From an uncultured Bdellovibrionales bacterium (GTDB lineage Bacteria > Patescibacteriota > Minisyncoccia > Moranbacterales > UBA9337): a DNA stretch of 64,000 nucleotides. How positions within the stretch are numbered: the stretch's first letter is position 1; every line of letters starts with the position of its first letter. This document shows positions 32,757 through 41,020 of the stretch, one piece after another. The position numbers were made by a program, and so were the translations under genes. Below the pieces are notes generated by a model, which was not told the origin of the DNA, searched no databases, and saw only the letters and a list, made by a program, of their open reading frames with translations. Where the stretch lies: contig CAZSCV010000004.1 in NCBI GenBank assembly GCA_964605525.1, positions 38,667-102,666 on the forward strand, in the 5' to 3' direction.

Positions 32757-32897
32757 TCAAGCAACACAAAAAATCCCCAAAATAATTTCAGGGATTTTCG
32801 ATTTAGAGCGGTTTTTACAATCAAGCTCGCCTGAAAACCGCCGTTTTAATTTGGCGGCTTCTTTTTCAAACGAAGGATGTGAAATGAAATCAAGCAT
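32757..32897 (-). pseudogene. probable truncated RelE/HigB-like toxin
   Basis: ATG overlaps the antitoxin end; MLDFISHPSFEKEAAKLKRRF, then runs into a hairpin and stops at 46 aa. Confidence 0.45.
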
Positions 32898-33384
32898 GAT
32901 TATTAAAATCAGTTCCTCTATAAAAGGCTAACTCATACGGAATTTCCTTTTTTGGCTCCGTTCCAATATATGGAGCTTCCGCGTGCGTCAAATCTTCCAG
33001 TTGCTTTCCATTCAAATTTCCATATTTCATGATAACTCGGTCAAGCATTTCTATTTCTTCCTTAGAAAAAACGGAGATCTTCGGATCTTTTAAGCATGTA
33101 TAAACTTCTGTTGCGTTATATCCGTTATGTTCGTTCACTGACTCAACTTTCAATGTTTTTTCTTTTGTCATTTCCGCCGTAATTTCATTCAGGGAAACTG
33201 GGAAAGGTCCCATTGGCAGTGCTTTATATTTGTCGCCAGTAAAATATTTTTGATTTTTTTCAAAAAAATCAAAATCAACGAAATAAAGCAATTTCGCCAG
33301 TTTTTTCTTTCCTCGAACTTCCTTGCCTAGCTTGGCGCAAAGATAAAGGATAGTTTGTTTATATTTTTCAGTATGCAGAGTCAT
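32890..33384 (-). CDS. Panacea/SocA (DUF4065) antitoxin-like protein
   Basis: KLAKLLYFVDF, TG..Y.ALPMGP, L..LTH.E.P. Confidence 0.85.
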   Translation of the reverse strand: MTLHTEKYKQTILYLCAKLGKEVRGKKKLAKLLYFVDFDFFEKNQKYFTGDKYKALPMGPFPVSLNEITAEMTKEKTLKVESVNEHNGYNATEVYTCLKDPKISVFSKEEIEMLDRVIMKYGNLNGKQLEDLTHAEAPYIGTEPKKEIPYELAFYRGTDFNNHA

Positions 33385-33691
33385 ATTTTTTTCTATTTTA
33401 ATAATGCCATAATATCATTATTTATGCAATTTTTCTATATGTTTTAATACCATTTTTAACCAAAAATAATTTCACGCCAATTTCATCGGCGCACCGGGTG
33501 AATTCAAGAAGTAATTGCAATACTTCATTAAAGAAATATAATGGAGTGTATGAAAAAATTAGTTAAAAGCGTCAAGGATGGATCATTTTGCTCTGTGTGT
33601 AAATGATGATTTTTTGATGTATTTTAAGGCAGAACATGTTTTCAATCTTCCTTCGGGGAGTTTTTTATTTTGAATACTGAAAAAATATTTT

Positions 33692-34816
33692 TCAGTATTC
33701 AAATTTCATTATTTTTATCAGAGGATAAGTTCCGACCAAGAGAAAGATTGCAACCGATACTGACATCAACGCCATCATCGAAAATTTTTCCAGAATTATT
33801 CCTCCGGCAAACATAAAAATTGTCGCTCCAGCACGAATTATCAAACTATTCAAAGAAAGAACGCTTGAACGCACCGATTTTCCGATCATCGAATTTATAT
33901 CTACCATAAGTTTTGTTTCAAAATATCCTCGCATAAAATGCGCCGCAAACATTCCAATAAGTGAAATAGCAATAATATTCGTTGCGCCAATTGACAAAAC
34001 CGCTATCAATAAAACTAAAGTTGCCGAAAAAATGTTTAATTTCGAAAACTTTTCATAAAATTTCACACCAATCGCAATTAAAAGAGTTGCAACTCCGATT
34101 AAAACTCCCCAATATGCGACATCAAGATCAAGACTTAAAAATAGTGGATTATACAACCATTTGAAACTAAAAAAGAAAGCTCCGATAAGAGAATAGACGA
34201 CCATTATATTAAGAAGTTGTTTGTTGTTAATTGAGTATTTCAAGCCTTCAATTCCAAGACTGAAAATATTGGCGCCATTATCTTTTCCGCTCGCTTTTAT
34301 TTTTGTTGAAATTACTAAAATTGAAGCAAAAATCAAAAACACAGCAGTTAAATATAACGGGATTCTCAGATCGATTGCCGAAACAAATCCTCCAATTGAA
34401 ACCGCCAAAAACGTAATGATTATTCCGTATGATTTTACTTGGGAAAAATCTTTTTTAAAATCTTTGGATGCCGTATGCAAAAGAGCGTTGTCACTCCCGG
34501 AAACCAAAGATCCGCCCAACGCCAGCAAAAATAAGGTTGCGACATAAAACAAAACACCACCAGAAAAAGAAAGAAGGATATATGACAAAGCGAGAATAAG
34601 ATATCCCCAAAAAACAGATATTCGATGTGAATAATAATCGCCAATAACTCCGGTTGGATATTCCAAAAGCACGCTCATCACATAATAAAATCCGATAAGC
34701 TGAAAAATATGCTCGGTAGAAATTCCCCTGCCAGTCAAATACAAAACCATAGTTGCTATCCAAAACCGGGCGGAAAACAATATCTTTGCCAATTTTATTT
34801 TTACCAAGTCGCTCAT
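33692..34816 (-). CDS. MFS transporter
   Basis: ~12 TM helices; EYPTGVIGDYY..R; SGSDNALL; RS.VLS. Confidence 0.9.
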   Translation of the reverse strand: MSDLVKIKLAKILFSARFWIATMVLYLTGRGISTEHIFQLIGFYYVMSVLLEYPTGVIGDYYSHRISVFWGYLILALSYILLSFSGGVLFYVATLFLLALGGSLVSGSDNALLHTASKDFKKDFSQVKSYGIIITFLAVSIGGFVSAIDLRIPLYLTAVFLIFASILVISTKIKASGKDNGANIFSLGIEGLKYSINNKQLLNIMVVYSLIGAFFFSFKWLYNPLFLSLDLDVAYWGVLIGVATLLIAIGVKFYEKFSKLNIFSATLVLLIAVLSIGATNIIAISLIGMFAAHFMRGYFETKLMVDINSMIGKSVRSSVLSLNSLIIRAGATIFMFAGGIILEKFSMMALMSVSVAIFLLVGTYPLIKIMKFEY

Positions 34817-34921
34817 AACTGAATAATACCACAACAGAAAAAAACTCCCAAAATGAAATATTTCCGATTTTTTGGAGTTACTTAATTAATACGATTAGAA
34901 CTGGATTTATAGGAAATAATT

Positions 34922-34948
34922 TTGACAATACTTTAAATCTGATATAAT
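34922..34948 (+). promoter_or_regulatory. consensus sigma70 promoter for the 23S-mimic RNA
   Basis: TTGACA (34922-27) and extended -10 TGaTATAAT (34940-48); the 15-bp spacer is short. Confidence 0.65.
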
Positions 34949-34956
34949 CTCCGAAT

Positions 34957-35054
34957 AAGCTGACAGGTGCCCGGCTCTGGGAAACCAGTGAACGGCGGCC
35001 GTAACTATAACGGTCCTTGGACAAATGTCCTATCCAAAAACCTGTCAGCTTTTT
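34957..35054 (+). ncRNA. small RNA mimicking 23S rRNA helices 67-69
   Basis: 12-bp closing stem AAGCTGACAGGT/ACCTGTCAGCTT plus T-run; TGCCCGG..CTGG-GAAA-CCAG; 27 nt AACGGCGGCCGTAACTATAACGGTCCT matching the 23S H69 region. Confidence 0.7.
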
Positions 35055-35172
35055 ATTTTGCACCAAAAATCAAAAAACTCCCCCTTCGAGGAGCCTTCTG
35101 TTTTTTGAGCGGGCTAGTGAGTGCGGTTAAAACTGGATTTATGAACAAAAGCTTTGTTGATCAAGATTGAAT

Positions 35173-35916
35173 TTAATCAGGCAGTAATCCCCACACCAAT
35201 TCGAAGATGCTTTTCAGGCTTTCGTGGATCTTCTTGCTTTCTATAATAAGTCCAAACTCTTCTTCATATGAAATAACTCCGACCTTATTATTTCCATAAA
35301 TATTCAATTCTATTGAAACATTATATTCATCCTTGGAAACAATCTTTGTTCTGCGCAAGTGTTGCTGATCTTTATCAATTAAGCTTCGGATTGCTTCGCT
35401 ATCCTGCAAAATAGCACGTACTGATATTTTTTTCTTTAGACGTCTAGGTATGTAATCCTCTAGGAAGAATTTCTCATCAAAATGCTTTACATACGCCTCA
35501 GAATACCAAGTCAACATTTCTTGATCTGGAAATTTTAAACTGTCTCGATAAACATCTTTAATCCCTTCCTCTCCCTCAAAATATCTGATCTCTGGTTTCT
35601 TATCAATTAAATTAGAAAAGGCCAGAAGCTGTGGCATAATCTTATCAATCTTATTTCTTCTCTCTTCAAGCATTGAATGCAATTTATGTGGATCTTCAGC
35701 AAAAAAGACTGAGGCTGCTTCTTTTTTAATAGAAGTAATAAGGCCTTTATCTTTAAGTGATTCAATCACCAAATAGGCCGTTGTCCTTTTAACTCCCGCT
35801 TTTTTGGCTAAACGACTTACTGTCGTTTCTCCCAATTCCAAAGCAGCCAGATATATTCCGGATTCATTTTCAGTTAGTCCTGCATCCAAAAGATCTTTTT
35901 GTAGGGTATTTTTCAT
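35173..35916 (-). CDS. TrmB family transcriptional regulator
   Basis: GLTENE..IYLAALELG, KRTTAY, P.IRYFEGEEGI, IYGNNKV. Confidence 0.88.
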   Translation of the reverse strand: MKNTLQKDLLDAGLTENESGIYLAALELGETTVSRLAKKAGVKRTTAYLVIESLKDKGLITSIKKEAASVFFAEDPHKLHSMLEERRNKIDKIMPQLLAFSNLIDKKPEIRYFEGEEGIKDVYRDSLKFPDQEMLTWYSEAYVKHFDEKFFLEDYIPRRLKKKISVRAILQDSEAIRSLIDKDQQHLRRTKIVSKDEYNVSIELNIYGNNKVGVISYEEEFGLIIESKKIHESLKSIFELVWGLLPD

Positions 35917-36132
35917 ATACTGTCGCCAATTATGTCAACATCATTATGATAGCATATTGTTTTAAATAAAGCAATAGTAGGCATTATTATTTTTCCATAG
36001 TCTTTATTATTGACGCTTTTGCTTTTTTCTGCTATACTGCATTGTTAAGATGAACTAACAAAAAAAATCTTAACGCCAGATCTTTTAAAACTAAATACCA
36101 GTCGACGGACTTAAAACGAAAAGAAGAATGTC

Positions 36133-36361
36133 ATGGAATATAACAAAAAATCTGGGCTCTTGATGTTTGGGAAAAATATTTCCAGAGATGATCTGGATCA
36201 GGAGTTGCGGAAGTTTGAAAAAAAACAACAACGGGCAATATGATTGGACCTGGGATTGGGACTGTGACCGTACCGAGGAAGAATTGAGGTTTCTGGTCTG
36301 GATCAGTAGAGAGCTGACAGTGGAAGATGCAAAAGAAGTCTTTACTAAACTAACTAAATAA
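36133..36361 (+). pseudogene. hypothetical ORF frameshifted at an A8 tract
   Basis: MEYNKKSG...LRKFEK joins NNNGQYDWTW...LTK* if A8 (36218-25) is A7; promoter TTGACG-17-TATACT at 36010-36038. Confidence 0.45.
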
Positions 36362-36379
36362 AAATAAAGGGGGAATAAA

Positions 36380-36712
36380 ATGAAAACTAAACTTGTATTT
36401 GCAACAGCGGCTGAATTGTGTGGCGGTAAAGAAGATGATTGGTTCTGTATAGCTGCAGTATTGGCATCTGGCTACGCAAAACATTACCGTCCTGCAAGGA
36501 ACATTTCACATGAAGAAGTGTGCAAGCAATTAATTACTAGCTTTCATGTAGCATGCATTCTTGCTAACAATCCGTATCTGGATGAAGATGATCAGCAGTA
36601 CAAATTGAAATATGCAAGCACTAATTATGAGTCTACGGAATTCAGTGGTGTAAATGGATGGCTCGAGAATACTGTTGGCGGAAAAGCACTGTTTGCCTTC
36701 TTGGTTTATTAA
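36380..36712 (+). CDS. hypothetical protein
   Basis: AGGGGG RBS, 110 aa, terminator at ~36718-36751. Confidence 0.7.
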   Translation: MKTKLVFATAAELCGGKEDDWFCIAAVLASGYAKHYRPARNISHEEVCKQLITSFHVACILANNPYLDEDDQQYKLKYASTNYESTEFSGVNGWLENTVGGKALFAFLVY

Positions 36713-36959
36713 GATGTAGCCCTGATAATCATTAATTATCAGGGCTTTTTTATTAAAATTTATTTTAACCTCAAGACGGGTAAGGCAACTTAATTAGAAC
36801 TGGATTTTATGGCTTATCCATACATCACATATTTTCAAAATTAGGTTTTTTATGCACAAAAAAGGCTCCTGAGAGCCTAATTTTGAAGAATGTAAATTTT
36901 AATCTAAGTTAGAACCGTAAAATGCTTTAACAAAAACTAAATATAAGCAAAAGCTGATT

Positions 36960-37034
36960 TGGAGCGGGTAAGCAGAATCGAACTGCCGTCTCATCCTTGG
37001 CAAGGACGTATAATAGCCACTATACGATACCCGC
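36960..37034 (-). tRNA. tRNA-Gly(GCC)
   Basis: GCGGGTA...CCTT-GCC-AAGG...GTTCGATT...TACCCGCTCCA. Confidence 0.95.
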
Positions 37035-37167
37035 TTGTCGCGCCTTGCGCGCAATTTTCAATTTCTAATTTTAAATTTTTAAACAAATATTAATTTACCA
37101 ATTTCAAAATTAAATCATTTAAAATTCATTGAAAATTAAGAATTGTAAATTGGAAATTTCATTCAAG

Positions 37168-37240
37168 TGGGACCGGCTGGAATCGAACCAGCGACCAAAC
37201 GATTATGAGTCGTCCGCTCTAACCCCTGAGCTACGGTCCC
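37168..37240 (-). tRNA. tRNA with CAT anticodon, probably Ile2
   Basis: GGGACCG acceptor stem; ACGA-CT-CAT-AA-TCGT; tilS is present in the window. Confidence 0.85.
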
Positions 37241-37330
37241 AAAAAAAAGCGCAAAGCTTAAAGTGAAAAACTTACAGCAAGTTTAATTGCTTTTCTTTAC
37301 ACTTTTCACTTTGCGCTTTTAATTTTATTG

Positions 37331-37635
37331 TGCCTCGGGTCAGAATCGGACTGACGACACAAGGATTTTCCTTATTTGTTATCTTGAGTTTCCCCAAGTA
37401 TCGGACTATCTCATCATCCCGCTTTTTTGGCGGGAGTCGGGCGCTATTATAGGATTATTGTTGGGACTCACCTATTAGTCTCTACACCTTTCTTGATACT
37501 AAAACCCATCAAGACTTGGCTCGGGATTACCATATTTTCACTTAGGCTTCCCCGAATTCACCCGATTTTCATCTCCGCATTACTGCGAAGTGGACCGAAA
37601 ACCAGTCCTTTGCTCTACCACTGAGCTACCGAGGC
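37331..37635 (-). tRNA. tRNA-Phe(GAA), intron-containing (exons 37635-37604 and 37370-37331)
   Basis: Joined exons give GCCTCGG...AAGGA-CT^GAA-AA-TCCTT...CCGAGGCA, a 72-nt cloverleaf. Confidence 0.92.
37371..37603 (-). ncRNA. group I intron, 233 nt, no ORF
   Basis: Exon ends in U and intron ends in G; P1 GGACU/GGUCC; P10 UUUUC/GAAAA; core GAAUUCGGGGAA, AAUCCCGAGC, GUAGAGACUA, GAGAUAGUCC. Confidence 0.9.
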
Positions 37636-37639
37636 TCTG

Positions 37640-37713
37640 TGCGCGCTGAGGGATTCGAACCCCCGACCCTCTCGGTGTAAACGAGATGCTCTAACCAACT
37701 GAGCTAAGCGCGC
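37640..37713 (-). tRNA. tRNA-Val(TAC)
   Basis: GCGCGCT...CTCG-TT-TAC-AC-CGAG...GGTTCGAATCC. Confidence 0.95.
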
Positions 37714-37770
37714 ATATTTTCAATTTTTATGGCTGCGCCACGTGATAAAAATCACAATTTTTATTTTACG

Positions 37771-37857
37771 TGGTGGGCGAAAGAGGACTCGAACCTCCAA
37801 TCCCTTGCGAGAACTACCACCTCAAGGTAGCGCGTATACCAGTTCCGCCATCCGCCC
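37771..37857 (-). tRNA. tRNA-Leu(GAG)
   Basis: GGGCGGA...CTACC-TT-GAG-GT-GGTAG, long variable arm, encoded CCA. Confidence 0.95.
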
Positions 37858-37926
37858 TCTCCTGTGCCCTGTAACAAACTAATTACTGAATTGCTCCCGT
37901 CACGACGTCTTCATATCGGGACGCCG

Positions 37927-37949
37927 CATACCAATTCCGCCATCCGCCC
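37927..37949 (-). pseudogene. duplicate of the tRNA-Leu 5' end
   Basis: GGGCGGATGGCGGAATTGGTAT versus the tRNA's GGGCGGATGGCGGAACTGGTAT. Confidence 0.75.
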
Positions 37950-38016
37950 TAAGTATAACACACCACTTGCAGTACAACAAAATACAAAAAAGGCTAACTT
38001 AATAGCCTTTGGTGAG

Positions 38017-38586
38017 CTATTTATTTTCTTTCTGATCTTCTTTTTCTTTCTTTTCAGCTTCTTCCTTTTTCTCTTCCGCCGGCGCCTTCTTCTCTTTTGC
38101 CTCTTCGGTTTTTTCCACCTTTTTTTCTTCCTTTACTTCCGCAATCTCTTTTTCAACTTCTTTGGATTCCTCTTCGATTTTTTCTTCAACAACAACCTCA
38201 TTTTTCACTTCTTCTTGTTTGCTTGTTTTTATATCTTTGGCATCAGTATATTTAAAACGCAACGACTTGGCAGTTTTTTCCCGTACGTAATAAAGTTTCG
38301 ATCTTCTTACTTTCGCCCTCTTTATCAATTCTATTTTTTCAATCATTGGAGAATTGGCAGGAATAATAAGCTCTACCCCCACTCCACTAGAAACTTTTCG
38401 CACTGTGATTATCGGAGAAGAACTTTGTCCGCCTTTAACAGCAATAATCATTCCTTCAAAAACCTGGGTTCTTTCTTTTTCTCCTTCTTTAATCTTTCGA
38501 AAGACGCGAACAACATCTCCTGATTGCAAAGCAAGAACTTTGCCGCTTCTCTGTGCCATATTAAATTCAATCAATTTCTTTTCCAT
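38017..38586 (-). CDS. rplS: 50S ribosomal protein L19 with Lys/Glu tail
   Basis: GDVVRV..KIKEG.KER.Q.FEG, TVRKVS.GVGVE, VRRSKLYY. Confidence 0.95.
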   Translation of the reverse strand: MEKKLIEFNMAQRSGKVLALQSGDVVRVFRKIKEGEKERTQVFEGMIIAVKGGQSSSPIITVRKVSSGVGVELIIPANSPMIEKIELIKRAKVRRSKLYYVREKTAKSLRFKYTDAKDIKTSKQEEVKNEVVVEEKIEEESKEVEKEIAEVKEEKKVEKTEEAKEKKAPAEEKKEEAEKKEKEDQKENK

Positions 38587-38909
38587 ATTTTTGTCAGACC
38601 GAAAACAAATAAAAAAACCTGCTATTCGGCTTAAGTAATAAAAACCTTTTAAAATTAAATCTACTCCATACTATACTCAAATCAAGATTTAGTCAATATC
38701 TGGTATTAGAAGAGTACATCTTGGACACTTTTGAATATTTCTACTTAAGAATTAAACCAACACTTGACACCCAGGTATTTTATTTATAATCTCAATCTTA
38801 TCCAAGTTCCTTAAAATTCAACCAAGGAGGTAGAATAACTAACTGACACAAAGCATTTTTATCAAAAAAAGACAGATAAAATCTCAAATCAAAAAAAGGA
38901 GCATGCGCA

Positions 38910-40037
38910 ATGAAAAAATTATTCTTAATTCTTACAATAATTTCTGTTCGTTTTTTAATTTCAAATTCTGCTTTTGCCTATGTTGAATGCAGTCAAGCGG
39001 ATACAATCCCCTGCACGTATAACGGTAACGACTACAACGGCTACTATCATCACTACTTAGGCGGTTCCTATTTTTTAAATAGCGAACATTGTCGAATTGA
39101 AGATGGAAATAATGTTAATCATTGGGATGACATCAGCTCGGGAGTTACCTACAATTTAATTTGTGAATATCCTTTTCCTGCTTTAGTTTTTTATCAAGAT
39201 AGCTTTTATGCTTATTTTTATTGGGGAGGATATTTTGCTATATTAAATCCTCCTACTGACTATTTTCTTTTTACCACTCTTGATCCGCCTGAAACGCCGT
39301 TCGGTTTTCCGCTTGATAAAGATTGCTCTGGAGTTCCTTGTACTCCGTATACTGCTCCAGTGTCATCAGTTATGGATCATTCAATGACTACTCCGTACAG
39401 TGAAAACAACACTGTGTTGGCGTTTAATGGAGAAGTCGGAGAAAAAACAAATGGATACAACTTAGGCTGTTACGCTAATTCCGAAAGCATACCATTTGAT
39501 ATGGGCATTAACTATGATGGCACTTATGACACAGGAGGAAGTTATTACTTATGTTACGATGGCCATCCCGGGTATGATTATCCGGCCACATGTGAAACAA
39601 CTCAAGTCAATGCTCCTGCTCAGGGTACCTTGTGTGTTGCGACTACGTATACTTCAGAACGTGATCCGTCAAATGTGTGGAGGAATGAAAGTTACTGTGG
39701 CACTATTCCGTCGGTAGTCATCACGAGATGGCAGGATACGGGAGGATATAATACTTTCTACATCCTTCATGAAGGATTGTATATCAATGGTTCAACAAAT
39801 GACTACATGACAGTTTTTCTCCATAGCGATGATTTGGAAAGCAGTGTGCGAGACGAGATTGAAGAAAACGGCTATGTCGAAGTTTCACAAAACCAGCATA
39901 TCGCTGAAGTTGGCGACATTGGTTCTCCTGGCGCTTGCCATATGCACGTCGAGGTGTACAAGAAGAATGGCGAGAGTTGGGATCGCGTGGATCCATATGG
40001 CGACGGAACCAATAATATTCTCTGGGAGCAAAATTGA
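38910..40037 (+). CDS. secreted Cys-rich M23-family metallopeptidase
   Basis: Signal peptide; YDGHPGYD (HxxxD); CHMHVEV (HxH); VDPYG. Confidence 0.8.
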   Translation: MKKLFLILTIISVRFLISNSAFAYVECSQADTIPCTYNGNDYNGYYHHYLGGSYFLNSEHCRIEDGNNVNHWDDISSGVTYNLICEYPFPALVFYQDSFYAYFYWGGYFAILNPPTDYFLFTTLDPPETPFGFPLDKDCSGVPCTPYTAPVSSVMDHSMTTPYSENNTVLAFNGEVGEKTNGYNLGCYANSESIPFDMGINYDGTYDTGGSYYLCYDGHPGYDYPATCETTQVNAPAQGTLCVATTYTSERDPSNVWRNESYCGTIPSVVITRWQDTGGYNTFYILHEGLYINGSTNDYMTVFLHSDDLESSVRDEIEENGYVEVSQNQHIAEVGDIGSPGACHMHVEVYKKNGESWDRVDPYGDGTNNILWEQN

Positions 40038-40112
40038 TCCTTTTCTAAAGCGGTAATTTCGCAAAACAAAGACCCCTGCCAGTAAATCTGACAGGGGTTG
40101 ATTTTTATTATG

Positions 40113-40793
40113 CTAGTTTATTGTAAGGGTTGATATTATTTTTTTTACTAGGTCATTGTTATTTTTAATGTCCCATTTCATTTCAATATTTTTAGTAAAA
40201 TAAGATACATAACTGTCAGTCTCTACTTTAATATAATTATTATTACTTTCAATATTGCACTTATTAGGAGCTTCTGAAATAGTCGGGCCTGAAACATGTT
40301 TTAATGTATCACCGCTACATTCCCCTGAAGAAATTTTTCCAATGTTGCTAGAAAAGTATTGCCAGTTAGATTGAGCAAGTTTTTCCCAAAATGTTCCTGG
40401 CGTTCCTTCCTTGATAATATAACCTCTCCATTCTGTAAGCCTTATGTGGATTATATTACTTGAATTTTCTTTTATAAAATACTCGCCAGTTGTTGTAGAT
40501 GTTTCATTTGCTTCTACGGAATATTGACTGGGATGTTTGAATTTAAAATTATGCTTATTGTTTTGATAAATTTTCCAATTTTCGATTGGCCCTGATATTG
40601 GCAGGTTATTTTCTTGATTATTTCTGGCTTCTTGAATTTCCCTGTTTTGATTTTGTTGAGGAATTATATCTGGCGTTTTAGATATAATTTGTTCGTTGCT
40701 TTTCTCATATTTCCAAATCAATACACTAACCGTAATTGCAATAATTACAATCACAGCTATCCCCACCCCGGTAGGAATTTTTTTATTATCCAT
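40113..40793 (-). CDS. membrane-anchored PsbP-like hypothetical protein
   Basis: TM helix; WKIYQN.KHNFKFKHP; ends KIISTL. Confidence 0.7.
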   Translation of the reverse strand: MDNKKIPTGVGIAVIVIIAITVSVLIWKYEKSNEQIISKTPDIIPQQNQNREIQEARNNQENNLPISGPIENWKIYQNNKHNFKFKHPSQYSVEANETSTTTGEYFIKENSSNIIHIRLTEWRGYIIKEGTPGTFWEKLAQSNWQYFSSNIGKISSGECSGDTLKHVSGPTISEAPNKCNIESNNNYIKVETDSYVSYFTKNIEMKWDIKNNNDLVKKIISTLTIN

Positions 40794-41020
40794 TTTTTAT
40801 TTTAAGTTAAATGATTACTAAATATATTATGGCAAATAATATCAAGACTGTAAATTAGACAAAAATCATTCGTCATTTTTTCTAGTGATCGTATAAGCCC
40901 GAAAAATTAAATAATTTTTGAAGAAAAAATTATACCCTCTTAATACTTCTCGGCTATTCCATTTAATTAAAACCGCCCAGATTAAAATAAAAACAATGAG
41001 ATATTATTTTTCCTGCCTTT

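Larger units (their letters stand above)
31929..36807 (+). repeat. dispersed att-like direct repeat TTA(G/A)AACTGGATTT(AT) at 31929, 34895, 35127 and 36794
   Basis: Four same-orientation copies, each downstream of a hairpin; similarity extends into the flanks. Confidence 0.8.

Noticed and set aside
34957-35054. rRNA gene or intact I-CeuI homing site
   Set aside because: Only ~60 nt resemble 23S, and the match ends at GGTCCT without AAGGTAGCGA, so only part of the site is present.
38017-38250. novel domains in the Lys/Glu-rich tails of L19 and S6
   Set aside because: Low-complexity charged extensions with no further motif support.
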